From assembly GCA_964409365.1 (NCBI GenBank), contig CAYPCX010000005.1, forward strand, positions 1 to 63,221: a stretch of 63,221 nt of DNA, written 5' to 3'. Source of the DNA: an uncultured Planctomycetia bacterium. Its GTDB lineage: Bacteria > Omnitrophota > Gorgyraeia > Tantalellales > Tantalellaceae. Numbering within the stretch: position 1 is the first letter of the stretch; each line of letters starts with the position of its first letter. Positions 6,922-17,500 of the stretch are shown one piece after another. A program made the translations under genes and the position numbers. The notes under the pieces were generated by a model. It searched no databases. It was given only the letters and a program-made list of their open reading frames with translations, and was not told where the DNA came from.

Positions 6922-7587
6922 TTATTTTTTGATGACCACGTTATCTATATAGACGGGGCCTTTGTATCTGGACCCTGTCCTGGAAGGAGGCGCCGCGTTA
7001 TACTCCACCCTGACGGCCACCTTTTTCACCTTATCTATATGGTAACAAAGACGTTTTTGTTTCCTGCCTCTCCAGGCCGATTGCTTAGGTTCGCCGGTAT
7101 CGGGATCTATCTCCAGCTTGTTCTCCAACTTCGCTTCTACCGTGGTCCATTTTCCCGGTTTAAGGGGAACGGATTCCCGCATCTGCGTAAAAAGCCATCC
7201 GTCCCCGACAGTAAGGATCAGGCGGCCTTCCAGCAGCCTTGGAGCGCTCCTAGGGATAAAGATATCCGCTGATATCGTATTATACTCCCTTAGATCCATA
7301 TCCTGTGCTTTTTCGACAATGGCCGCCGTCCATTCATCCCCGGGATAATCACAGATCATCTTCAGCGAAGCATTCCCCACGGATGCCTCTTCCGTGCTCG
7401 TCTCGGCCGATACGCCTTTATAGACCTCTATCTTGCTCAGATCGAACGCCCAATCGGGGATCTCCCACCCTTCAGTGCCATACTCAAAGTCAAAACGGAT
7501 CTCGTCGTTATTGTCTTCGGCGCAGAAAGAAGCGCCGGAAAAGGCCAAAAAGGCCCACAGTGCGAGTATTATCGTTTTTTTCATCAT
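6922..7587 (-). CDS. Secreted carbohydrate-binding-module-like protein (CBM27-like jelly roll)
   Basis: Signal peptide, FDFEYGTEGWEIPDW, GKWTTV, terminal PVYIDNVVI motif. Confidence 0.6.
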   Translation of the reverse strand: MMKKTIILALWAFLAFSGASFCAEDNNDEIRFDFEYGTEGWEIPDWAFDLSKIEVYKGVSAETSTEEASVGNASLKMICDYPGDEWTAAIVEKAQDMDLREYNTISADIFIPRSAPRLLEGRLILTVGDGWLFTQMRESVPLKPGKWTTVEAKLENKLEIDPDTGEPKQSAWRGRKQKRLCYHIDKVKKVAVRVEYNAAPPSRTGSRYKGPVYIDNVVIKK

Positions 7588-7656
7588 TGTTCTCTCCGGG
7601 CAAAAAAACCAACACCCTGTATATCAAAGTGATTTTAACAACCCTTATTTTATATT

Positions 7657-7686
7657 ATTATAAGGATTTATGCAAACTTTTGTCAA
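7657..7686 (-). promoter_or_regulatory. Probable sigma70 promoter for the 7587-4462 gene run
   Basis: TTGACA (7686-7681), 18-nt spacer, TATAAT (7662-7657). Confidence 0.55.
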
Positions 7687-7734
7687 TATTGCCGCCTTGC
7701 CTTTTAGATTATAATATGATACCCTTGTGTGATT

Positions 7735-8682
7735 ATGGAAAAATGTTCTATTATAATCGCTTCCTATAACGAAGCCGGAAACCTGAAAAAATGTCTTAAT
7801 TCGATAAGGGATCTGGACTACCCGAAAGAAGTTCTTGAAATTATAGTAGTTGATAACAATTCCTCTGACAATACCTCTGAAATAGTAGGTCAATTCCCGG
7901 AAGTCATTTATCTAAAAGAATATAGACAAGGAGCTGCCTTTGCCAGGAACCGGGGTATCACTAAAGCCGGGGGAAAAATACTGGTATTTCTCGACGCGGA
8001 CACCACGGTTGACAGGAACTGGCTCCGGCAGCTGACAGCCCCGTTCGAGGATCCCGGTATCGGGGCCGTGGGCGGGGCGATATCGCCCATTGATAAAAAT
8101 AACATATTCTCCCTGTATCTTGGAGTGTCGCTCTTTATGAGGTATCCCCTCTACGGGCAAAAAAGAGAGGTCCGAGGCTATCCGAGCTGCAACCTGGCGG
8201 TCCGCAGGGAACTGATAGACGGGGGATTCGACACCTCCGCCTTCAGCACATACGGCGAAGACAAGGACATCTGCTACAGGATCCTGGAAAAAGGATTTAA
8301 GGTCCTGTTCCAGCCCGAGGCGAAGATCTGTCACCGGCATCCCGGGACCATGGCTGAACTGTTCGGGCTGTTCGTCAAAAGTTCGGCCGGCAGGGCTGAC
8401 TTCGCGAAAAAATATCCCATGGCCCCGGACATCCTGCTCTTTAATCTCCACATACCTCTGGTATACACCCTGATCCTTCTCTTCGCTCTTTTTGTCCAGG
8501 GCATCAAGGCCTTCCTCATGGCCGCGTCCCCTGCCCTGGTCTATCTTCTTTACAGCAGTACGCTTTCTTTCATGAAAAGCAAAGACTTCCTGCTGAGTTT
8601 TGTCGTCAAACCGTTGTTCGATGTCCTTTCTGTGTATATAATATATGTATCTTACCAGTTCCGGAAACTGAAAAGGAGATAG
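7735..8682 (+). CDS. GT2 glycosyltransferase
   Basis: SIIIASYN, VVDNNSSD, ARNRG, FLDAD, GEDKD, C-terminal TM helices. Confidence 0.9.
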   Translation: MEKCSIIIASYNEAGNLKKCLNSIRDLDYPKEVLEIIVVDNNSSDNTSEIVGQFPEVIYLKEYRQGAAFARNRGITKAGGKILVFLDADTTVDRNWLRQLTAPFEDPGIGAVGGAISPIDKNNIFSLYLGVSLFMRYPLYGQKREVRGYPSCNLAVRRELIDGGFDTSAFSTYGEDKDICYRILEKGFKVLFQPEAKICHRHPGTMAELFGLFVKSSAGRADFAKKYPMAPDILLFNLHIPLVYTLILLFALFVQGIKAFLMAASPALVYLLYSSTLSFMKSKDFLLSFVVKPLFDVLSVYIIYVSYQFRKLKRR

Positions 8683-8683
8683 C

Positions 8684-9622
8684 ATGAATATCAGCGTGAT
8701 CATACCCGTATACAACGAAGAGAAGAACATCGCCCCGCTGCATTCGGAAACCCGAAAGGTCCTCGATGGTATGGGACAACCGTATGAGATCATCTTCGTG
8801 AACGACGGCAGCTCCGACAACACCCTGGAGGAACTGAAAAAGACCAGGCAATCGGGTCCCGGGACAAGAATAATAGACCTTAACCGTAATTTCGGCCAGA
8901 CGGCGGCCATCATGGCGGGGTTCGACGCGTCAAAAGGCGATATCGTCATAACGATGGACGGCGATATGCAGAACGATCCGCATGACATTCCGCGTCTCAT
9001 CGAAAAGCTCAACTCCGGCTATGACCTCATCAGCGGCTGGCGGAAAAAAAGGAAGGACTCGCTTCTCTTAAGGGTCCTGCCCTCAAAGATAGCCAACCGC
9101 ATGATATCGGCCGTGCTGAAAGTACCCCTGCACGACTACGGCTGCACCCTGAAAGCTTACAGGCGCGGCGCCATAAAAGACATACGCCTCTACGGGGAAA
9201 TGCACCGGTTTATCCCTGCGATCGCCAGCTGGCAGGGAGCGAAGATCGCCGAGCTGGAAGTGAACCACCGGCCCAGAAAATACGGGAAAACGAAGTACGG
9301 CCTGAACCGGACCGTAAAGGTCTTGCTTGATCTGTTGCTTCTCTCCTTCCTTTCTGAATACAGCACAAACCCGGTACGTTTTTTCGGAGGGCTCGGGCTT
9401 ATAAGCGCGGGCGTGGGATCTTTGGCTTTTCTTGTCATGATCTTGATGAAACTCTTCGGCCATGTAGATATGACCGGCAATCCCCTTCTCATCCTGAGCG
9501 TCCTCTTTTTTCTCGTCAGCGTGCAACTGATCCTGATGGGGTTCCTCGGAGAGATAAATATCCGGACTTATTATGAATCACAGAATAAAAAGACGTACTA
9601 CATCAGAGAGATCCTGGAATGA
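8684..9622 (+). CDS. GT2 polyprenyl-phosphate sugar synthase (ArnC/GtrB/DPM1-like)
   Basis: VNDGSSD, RNFGQTAA, MDGDMQNDP, HDYGCTLKAYR, two C-terminal TM helices. Confidence 0.9.
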   Translation: MNISVIIPVYNEEKNIAPLHSETRKVLDGMGQPYEIIFVNDGSSDNTLEELKKTRQSGPGTRIIDLNRNFGQTAAIMAGFDASKGDIVITMDGDMQNDPHDIPRLIEKLNSGYDLISGWRKKRKDSLLLRVLPSKIANRMISAVLKVPLHDYGCTLKAYRRGAIKDIRLYGEMHRFIPAIASWQGAKIAELEVNHRPRKYGKTKYGLNRTVKVLLDLLLLSFLSEYSTNPVRFFGGLGLISAGVGSLAFLVMILMKLFGHVDMTGNPLLILSVLFFLVSVQLILMGFLGEINIRTYYESQNKKTYYIREILE

Positions 9623-10785
9623 ACATCCTGATAATAAATTACGAGTACCCTCCTCTGGGGGGCGGCGGGGGCGTGTTTAGCCGCGACCTTGCCGAAGAAC
9701 TGGCAAAAAACAACGATGTCGACGTTCTGACCACTCACTTCAAAGGCCTTAAAAAAGAAGAAACGGTCAACGGGGTCAACATCCATCGCGTATGGGTGCC
9801 CGGCAGGAGATCATTATACTCCGCCACGATGGTCTCTCTGCTCTTCTTTCCATTGTCCGGCGCCATTAAAGGCCTCCGGCTGCTGCGGAAAAAAAAATAT
9901 GACATAATCAACACCCATTTCGCCGTGCCGACAGGACCGGCGGGCTTGGCCCTTTCCGCCCTTTCCGGAATACCCAACATCCTTAACCTGCCGGGCGGGG
10001 ACATCTATGACCCGAGCAAAAAGACCTCCCCGCACCGCCATGCTTTACTGCGCTGGACAGTCCGAAACATCATAAACAGGGCCTCAAAGGTCATAACGGA
10101 ATCCACGAATATCGCCAATTACGCGAAAAAGTTCTACAAGCCGTCAAAGGACATCACCGTGATACCCCTGGGTATACCCGAACCCGGCCTCAAGGCCGTT
10201 GGGCGGGAAGAACTTGATCTGAAAAAAGACGGACTTTATCTCGTTTCGGTAGGCAGACTGGTAAAACGGAAGGGTTATGATTTTTTGATCAAAGCCCTGA
10301 GCCTTTTGCGGAAAGAGACGCCTGAAATCGATCTTATATTGATAGGTGACGGCCCTGAACGCGGGTCCCTGGAAAAGCTTTCGGACGAACTCGAGATATC
10401 CGGCCGGATCATATTTCCGGGCGCCGTTTCCGACGAGGAAAAATTACAGTATCTAGCCGCCTCGGACATATACGTGCTGTCTTCCCTTCATGAGGGCTTC
10501 GGGATAGTGCTGTTGGAAGCAATGTTCTGCGGGTTACCTATAATAGCCACTAACGAGGGCGGGCAGACGGATTTCATCAAAGACGGCAGTAACGGCCTTC
10601 TGGTGTCCCCGGCCGATGCGAAAGCCCTGGCCGATGCTATTTCCGGCCTGGCTGCGGATGCCGACCGGAGGCACGCCATGGGCGGAACCAATAAAGAGGC
10701 TGCCAAACAATACAATATCTCTTCTATCGCAAACCGGTACGCCGAACTTTTCCACGGCATCATAACACAGAGAGAAACAAAATGA
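9619..10785 (+). CDS. GT4 glycosyltransferase
   Basis: NYEYPPLGGGGG, VGRLVKRKG, HEGFGIVLLEAM. Confidence 0.9.
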   Translation: MNILIINYEYPPLGGGGGVFSRDLAEELAKNNDVDVLTTHFKGLKKEETVNGVNIHRVWVPGRRSLYSATMVSLLFFPLSGAIKGLRLLRKKKYDIINTHFAVPTGPAGLALSALSGIPNILNLPGGDIYDPSKKTSPHRHALLRWTVRNIINRASKVITESTNIANYAKKFYKPSKDITVIPLGIPEPGLKAVGREELDLKKDGLYLVSVGRLVKRKGYDFLIKALSLLRKETPEIDLILIGDGPERGSLEKLSDELEISGRIIFPGAVSDEEKLQYLAASDIYVLSSLHEGFGIVLLEAMFCGLPIIATNEGGQTDFIKDGSNGLLVSPADAKALADAISGLAADADRRHAMGGTNKEAAKQYNISSIANRYAELFHGIITQRETK

Positions 10786-12380
10786 GCGGTCATCCCCGGC
10801 TGACGGACGAACAAAAAAGGTTCATAGAAGAGAATTATGAAAAGATGTCCGCCAAACGCATGGCTAAAAAACTGGGTCTCCCGCGTAGCGCGGTACAAAG
10901 ATACCACAAACAATTGCTGTCGGGCGCAGTACCCGCCGTCAAAGAAAAGGGCCCCTGCCGGCTGGAGAAGATATTTGCCAAAGGGAAAGCGAAAAACCTC
11001 ATCTGGATAGCATTTTTCGTGATACTGCTCCTGTCTCTAAGCCTGCGAAGGTACACTTTCAACCTCCCCCACTTCAGGGGCGACCAGCATCATTATGTCG
11101 CGCTGGCCTTCAAGCTCGACACCCAGGGCGTGAACGGTTATAACCTTAGAGGAGTAGACCTCTACGGTAACCGCCAGTCTCCCAATATCGCCGTGGCCGC
11201 GCCCGCCAAAGACAAAGGGCACATCCTCAAAAGCCTGGAACAGGGCAACATAACTTATTATGATCAGCCATTCCATCATGTCCCGTTCGGCTTTCCCGCA
11301 GCGATCATGATATCCCACGCGCTTTTGGCGCCCGGCGAGCCGTATTACATGCTTCATATACCCAACGATATGGAAGTGATCCGGCGCTCCCCACCCGGCG
11401 TGGGGCTGAGATATTTCCGGTTCGACCCGGACGTCGCGAAGAAACAGTTCTACTCGATAATAGTGCCGCTTTCGTTCAGCCTCCTGATGATCGCCCTTGT
11501 GTTCTTTACCGCAAGAACGCTTTACGAGAACGACCTTGTGGCGCTCGTAGCCATGTTCCTCATGGCTATCTCCCCCATAGACATACTTACGTCCCAAAAA
11601 TTATGGTCCGACGATATGACAGCCGCCCTGGGACTCCTGGCCGTGTTCCTGTATGGCCTGTCGCTTGAGAAAAAGAAGCCCCTGCTGGCCTTTCTGGGGG
11701 GCATATCATGCGGCATAAGCGCTATTACGAAACAGAACGGCGCGTTCATCGTCTTTGTGCTGATATTGTGGCATTTTACCGTCAACTCCGGCAAACTCTT
11801 TAAAAAAGAGACCTTTCTTAAAACGATATTCGACAAACACCTCATACTTTTCGGCCTGGGAGCGCTTTTGAGCGCCGGATACTGGTTCCTCAAAGTGACC
11901 TCTGTTTACGGGAATCCCGTATATATGCCCCATCAAGCGAAAATAGGTGAAGTCGCCAAGACCGACTGGTTCAAAACGGTGGGGAGCCGGCCGAAATATC
12001 TCTACCTGATCGGCATCCCTTATCAGAACCCGCTTTTCGCGCTGGCCTATATTTCACCGTTGTGGCTGTGGTTGGACAGGAAGAATTCCAGGAATACCCT
12101 GCTGTGCGTAATATGGATCGCCGTCTTCCTTTATATATTCCAGGTATACCTCGGTGGAGGGGGAAAAGAACATCGCTACATGCTTCCGGCATACCCGGCG
12201 TTCGCTATCCTGGGAGGGTATATTGCCGTTAAGCTGAAGGATCTTATAGACAGGCACCTTGGATTTAAAACGGGTACCGCGTTGCTCGTGATCGCGCTCA
12301 TAGCCTCGATGCTCTGGAGCCTCCCCATGGCGTATGAGACCCTTTTCTATAACGGGGCCCTGATAATGAAACCTTTCTAA
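10782..12380 (+). CDS. GT-C (ArnT/PMT-like) membrane glycosyltransferase with N-terminal HTH-like segment
   Basis: Many TM helices, RGDQ, SQKLWSD, TKQNG, EHRYMLP; N-terminus LTDEQKRFIEENYEKMSAKRMAKKLGLPRSAVQRY. Confidence 0.75.
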   Translation: MSGHPRLTDEQKRFIEENYEKMSAKRMAKKLGLPRSAVQRYHKQLLSGAVPAVKEKGPCRLEKIFAKGKAKNLIWIAFFVILLLSLSLRRYTFNLPHFRGDQHHYVALAFKLDTQGVNGYNLRGVDLYGNRQSPNIAVAAPAKDKGHILKSLEQGNITYYDQPFHHVPFGFPAAIMISHALLAPGEPYYMLHIPNDMEVIRRSPPGVGLRYFRFDPDVAKKQFYSIIVPLSFSLLMIALVFFTARTLYENDLVALVAMFLMAISPIDILTSQKLWSDDMTAALGLLAVFLYGLSLEKKKPLLAFLGGISCGISAITKQNGAFIVFVLILWHFTVNSGKLFKKETFLKTIFDKHLILFGLGALLSAGYWFLKVTSVYGNPVYMPHQAKIGEVAKTDWFKTVGSRPKYLYLIGIPYQNPLFALAYISPLWLWLDRKNSRNTLLCVIWIAVFLYIFQVYLGGGGKEHRYMLPAYPAFAILGGYIAVKLKDLIDRHLGFKTGTALLVIALIASMLWSLPMAYETLFYNGALIMKPF

Positions 12381-13345
12381 GACCCCTTGCCGGTCTTTTC
12401 CGACAGTAATATACCCAGGTATTTGAATACCCCGTAAAAATACCCGGCTGAATTCGTTACGGCCAGCAAGATCCTGCCGGGCAGAGCGGTAATAAGCTCT
12501 TTCGGGCTTTTCTCCCCTTTCCCGGCGTCCTGCAGGAATACCGCCAAGACAAAAACCAGGATAAGAAAAACCGAACAGGCCGTTTTTGCCCTGTCCGGAC
12601 AAAAGAACAAGACCAGTAAAATAAGAAGAAGGATGATACTGCGCAGCGACAAATAAGGAAATATCCCGTGCTTGAAGCGGACCCAGCAATTTCCCACCCC
12701 TAACAGGAAACTTTGTTTTACGGCGCCCGCGGCGGTCACCCGGTGAAAATGCACGACCTCGGCTTCATCGCAATAATAAACCCTGTACCCGGCCTTGACA
12801 AGGCGCAGGCACAGGTCCGTTTCGTCGGCTCCGTATTTCAGGACCTCGCTGAAAGGGTTATCAAGAAGTATCTCTTTCCTTATGGCCATGTTCGTCCCGA
12901 TGATCCTCCGCACATATCCGCTTTCCGCGGCTATCTTGTACCTGCCCTTGTCCAAAAGCTCCCAGTAACTCTTTATGGGAGGGTCCAGGATCCTTCCTCC
13001 GACAACCGCTATCTCCGGGTCGGCGCCAAAGGGTTCGACCAGCTTCCTGAGCCATCCGGCGTTGGCTACACAATCCGAATCGACATACGCTACGATATCG
13101 GAGTCCGCGGCGCGGGCCCCGATATTCCTGGACTTCATCAACCCTATATTTTTCTCATTCTTCAAGACCTTGAGACGCTCCTCGCCCGCGTATTCATCCA
13201 GTATACCGGCCGTTCCGTCGGTAGACCCGTCGTCGACAACGATGACCTCAAACCCTTCGAGGTCCTGCGAAAAGACCGAATCCAGGCATTTCCTTATAAA
13301 AAAAGCCCTGTTATACACGCAAATAACGATACTGGCCCTGTACAT
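12377..13345 (-). CDS. GT2 glycosyltransferase
   Basis: VVDDGSTD, SRNIG, YVDSDC, ADETDLC. Confidence 0.9.
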   Translation of the reverse strand: MYRASIVICVYNRAFFIRKCLDSVFSQDLEGFEVIVVDDGSTDGTAGILDEYAGEERLKVLKNEKNIGLMKSRNIGARAADSDIVAYVDSDCVANAGWLRKLVEPFGADPEIAVVGGRILDPPIKSYWELLDKGRYKIAAESGYVRRIIGTNMAIRKEILLDNPFSEVLKYGADETDLCLRLVKAGYRVYYCDEAEVVHFHRVTAAGAVKQSFLLGVGNCWVRFKHGIFPYLSLRSIILLLILLVLFFCPDRAKTACSVFLILVFVLAVFLQDAGKGEKSPKELITALPGRILLAVTNSAGYFYGVFKYLGILLSEKTGKGS

Positions 13346-13358
13346 ATCCTCCTCCGCT

Positions 13359-14534
13359 TCAACCCCTTGCCGACCCGCCCGGCTGGCATAAAGACAGGAA
13401 CTCTCCCACTACTTTCCTGATATCGAAATCGCAGATATCGATCCGTAAAGCGTCTTTATAATCCCCGTCAAAGAACTTCCTGAATATCTCAGGGCTGAAA
13501 TAGTCCGGGGAAAAACTGTATACGGGTCTTTTTGTCAAAGCATAATCTATTATCTTGCTGGGAACCTGGTTGTCGGAAATATTGCGCATGTCTATCAGGA
13601 AATCGCACTTGCTGAGCTCGCGGATGCACTCTTCCCTGGGCACCAAAGGCCTGAAGACGACTTTGGCGCCCATTTTCTCGGCATAGGGGACAAGTAGCGC
13701 CATGTTGTTCACGTCATCCGTATCCGTATATACGATAAAGGTGAACTCTTCCTTTATCCCGCATAAATATTCTAAAAAAGGTCCGGGATTCCTGAGCTTT
13801 TCATAAAATACGCCGGCATATCCGAATGTGGGAACGGTATTTTTTATATAAGTGCTGATATTGACGGAATCCAGGTCATAACCCTGCGGGATCACTTTTA
13901 TGCGGTCCCTTCCCTTGAGGTGCATGTATGAACCGACCGCTATTTCCGCGGGCACCACAATATAATCGAACATGTCCATCGCGCGTTTTTCCAGGCTCCT
14001 GTGGAAAGGCAGCAGGTTGAACATCCGGTTATAATAGTATGGGTCCCCGTAATCGGCTATTTTTATCTTTGCCAGGTCTTTGTTCCTGGAAACGGCCATG
14101 GCCGCGCCGAAATGCACGCTCGCGGGAAGCGCGACTGAGATCATAAGATCATACCTCTCATCATCCGAAACGAGCGCATCGGACAGGGTAAAGGCATACT
14201 CTGTTTCCGTACCGCAGATCAGGGGGTGCAAAAGGAACAGGGAGACCTTTTTACGGAGAAAGAAAAAAAGTGAACTAAAAAATGAACTTTTTTCCTCCCG
14301 CGATGGCACGCCTTTTTTTCTGCCTTTGTTCAAAAAAAGGCCGGTCCTGACCTTTTTCACCGTGAACCCGCACTCTTTCTCCAACCGTGAATAATCAAAA
14401 TCGTATTCCGGCGCGTACACGGTCACTTCATGCCCCTGGCGGGAGAACTCTTTCGCCAGTTCGTATGCCCTGAAAGCCCTGGGGGTGATCTCCGGATAAA
14501 AGAAGTATGTCGCGATCAGGATCTTACATTTCAT
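13359..14534 (-). CDS. GT-B fold (GT4-like) glycosyltransferase
   Basis: TYFFYPEITPRAFRAYELAKE, DYGDP, YAGVFY, PSKIIDY. Confidence 0.75.
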   Translation of the reverse strand: MKCKILIATYFFYPEITPRAFRAYELAKEFSRQGHEVTVYAPEYDFDYSRLEKECGFTVKKVRTGLFLNKGRKKGVPSREEKSSFFSSLFFFLRKKVSLFLLHPLICGTETEYAFTLSDALVSDDERYDLMISVALPASVHFGAAMAVSRNKDLAKIKIADYGDPYYYNRMFNLLPFHRSLEKRAMDMFDYIVVPAEIAVGSYMHLKGRDRIKVIPQGYDLDSVNISTYIKNTVPTFGYAGVFYEKLRNPGPFLEYLCGIKEEFTFIVYTDTDDVNNMALLVPYAEKMGAKVVFRPLVPREECIRELSKCDFLIDMRNISDNQVPSKIIDYALTKRPVYSFSPDYFSPEIFRKFFDGDYKDALRIDICDFDIRKVVGEFLSLCQPGGSARG

Positions 14535-17500
14535 GGGGACCGCCTCCTATGACAAATTCAAATCTCGACCGGTCTTTGGCTTTGCCCACCGCGGTGTATT
14601 TGCCCGTCCTTCTGATAATACCATATCCCGGCGAGTACTCGCATTCCCGTGTTTTCCATGCAAGACGTTCTGACCTTACATAAAGGTCCCTCTGGTGGTC
14701 CGGGGACAGGATAAGGTTGAAGTCCAGGTCCCATTCCCCTTCGCCGTGGAAGGTATCCTCGACCTCTAACCGCCCTTTTTTCTTGTGAAAAACCATCCGT
14801 CTCTCGTGGACAACGGGATGTGACAACCTTTTATAACCGTAATGCCTTCCGGCGAAGACATCCGTATCCTCACCGTTCTCCCATGCCGTGCACTCGGCAA
14901 CGGTCTCATCTTTCATAAAGAACGGATCCTTCACGTCTATCCTGTTCTGTTCCTCGCCTTTGACCATTACGGTATTATGATATGCGGTGCTCCTGAACAT
15001 GTTCCTCTTGCCCGGATCGACCGTGTAAAGATACGTGCCCGGGTCTACTATTACGTCTTTACCGTTCAAACAAAGCTCAAAACTTAGTTTATCGTTGTGG
15101 GCATGTCCACCTCTCCCGTTCAGGCCGTTCGGCCCGCACGAGACCAGGCAGTAGTTTTTATCACGACGCATCACGTACCAGCCCGTGTCAGGGAACGCTT
15201 TGGACCCTATTCCGGCGAGCGAGTTCCACTCCAGCGAATCCCAGACCCTCCTGCCCTCTTCTCCGTAGCAGATCAATATTTCGGCTATATCTTCTTCCGT
15301 CCCGAAAAACTCCCTTACTTTCCATTTCTTTTCCCCGAAAAAAACCCCGCCAAGCGCCAGGAGATACCTCATATCCAGGACCTCTCTGGGGTACAGCTTG
15401 AAAAACTGTCCCGAATCGTTATCCCCTATCTGGGGCATCCTGCCGTCCGGCTTCAGTAGGTGACAAACCGCGTCGAACATTCGGTACAATTTATCAACGT
15501 ATCTCTTCCCGAAGATCTTTTCCGACACCTCCCGGTGATTCTTCCCGTCAAAATCCGTATCATTTTTCACCATGAGCAGCGCGGAAAAGAAAAATATCTC
15601 CAGGACAAGACGGTGGTAACACGTCGACGCTTCAAAATCACATCCGTCATCATAGACCTGTCTCTCGATCTCCTTTACAAACTCTTTAATCGCGAATTTT
15701 TTCCATTTTCCGGCCGACCTGAATTCCGGGAACATGGTGCCGATGAACAAAAGTCCCGCGATGTCGGAAAGGTAGTGGTTCGAGATCACCCTCCCCCTTC
15801 GCTCGAGATTGCCCATGATATGCCTGCCATGTTCTTCCATGCTTTCAAGGAATACAGTGCGAAACCTGGGCGTGAGCGCTTCTGAGCCCCTGAAATATGA
15901 ATAACCAAGCATCCAGTTGCACGCACGGATGGCCACATCCATGGCACAGCTCCAGTTAACTCCATGCCCGGGTCTGTTGGCCCCGATCCAGTCCTCGACC
16001 TGGCCGCCGAATTCCTCCGCATATTTCCCGTTACCTGTTATCGCATACGCCATGCCCATCTCTGACAAGTGCTGAAACCTGGAAAGCTCCCAGGGGACCT
16101 TGATATCGGCTTTTCCGTATGGTATCTTTATCTTTTTGTAGTGCTCATCGGGGTCCCACCTGTACCCTGTCTTGAAATCGGTATGCCAGTCTATTCTTTT
16201 CCCCAGCTCAGTGTCCCCGGACCCTAGAAGATCAAAAACGTGGTCGCAAGCTTTGTCCGCCGCTGATATTATCTTCTCCTTCATCTCAGAAAAACTTTTG
16301 CCGGAAAACCGGGCAATAACACCCACAGGCGTAAGGACCTTTTTTCGCAGGCCCTCCCTCATCCCCCGTAATGTGTCCAGCTCCTGCGTGCTGGGTTCTT
16401 TCGCAACAAAAAGCGCAACAAGGTAAACCGCGCTTCCCACGATCACCCCCAACATAAGGTTCACGGCCGGGAAAGGGGTCGCCCCTTTCCCAATCGGATA
16501 AATGACCACGCCCATTACAGCCGAGGCGAACAGTACTTTTAGCAATGACTTGAAAGGAAATTTCCATACGAAATAAGCGCGAGAGAAAAATACCATCAAG
16601 GCCAGTAGAAAAACATACGAAACCAGAGTGGTGAGAGCCGCCGCCATGTACCCGTGGGACGGGATCAATAAAACATTAAGCAATATGTTCAAAAGCCCTG
16701 CGGCTATGATCGCCGTCATGATATACCCGGTCTTTTTCCGGAATATAAGTCCCAATTGAAACCTGTGCTGAAGGCCCATGAAAAAACCTCCCAGCGAGAT
16801 CAATAACACGATACGGTATCCTTCATAATAATCCCGTGCAACAAGGACCCTGAGAAGAGGTTTGGCCAGCACGCTCAGGCCAATAACGGCGGGCAGGCAT
16901 AGTATCAGATAATACCGGCTGAGTTTCGTGACGAACCTTTGGCTCTTTTCCATGCCGGATTTTTCCCAGACGCTTATGCCAAGCGGGCCGGATGCCAGCA
17001 TGAACACCGACGTGAGAAGAAGGATGCTTTTCTCCGAGATACCGTAGCTGGCCGAATATATCCCCACCTCCGTGCTTCCCCTGAAGAATTGAAGTATATA
17101 CCGGTCCGACAAGCTCAGTATCCACGCCGATAGATTAGCCAGGACAAGAGGAAGGCTGTATCTCGCCATCTTTAACGTGAATAAGAAAGAAGTCCCGCCG
17201 ATATCCCATGCGTCATTCCTTTTTACTTTTTTCCATAAAAACGGCAGAGCCGCGATCAGTCCCAAAATAACACCGAAAAGCAACCCCTTAACCCCGAGAC
17301 GGAAAAATACCACCAGGAATATCCCCAAGACCACCGCTGAAATACTCTTCCAGACCGCGAAAGCGCTGTAAGAATTCACCTGCCGCCTGACCCTGAGAAA
17401 ATGCTGGAACGTCTCAAAGACCGAAGTCAGTATGAACACCAGCGTGCCCAGGGCCATCAGGCAGAACAATCCCCCGGAAATGTGGTCCCTGACCAGGAAA

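Noticed and set aside
12377-12380. Convergent genes with overlapping stop codons (also 34982-34985)
   Set aside because: CTAA/TTAG overlaps are common in compact genomes; no further signal.
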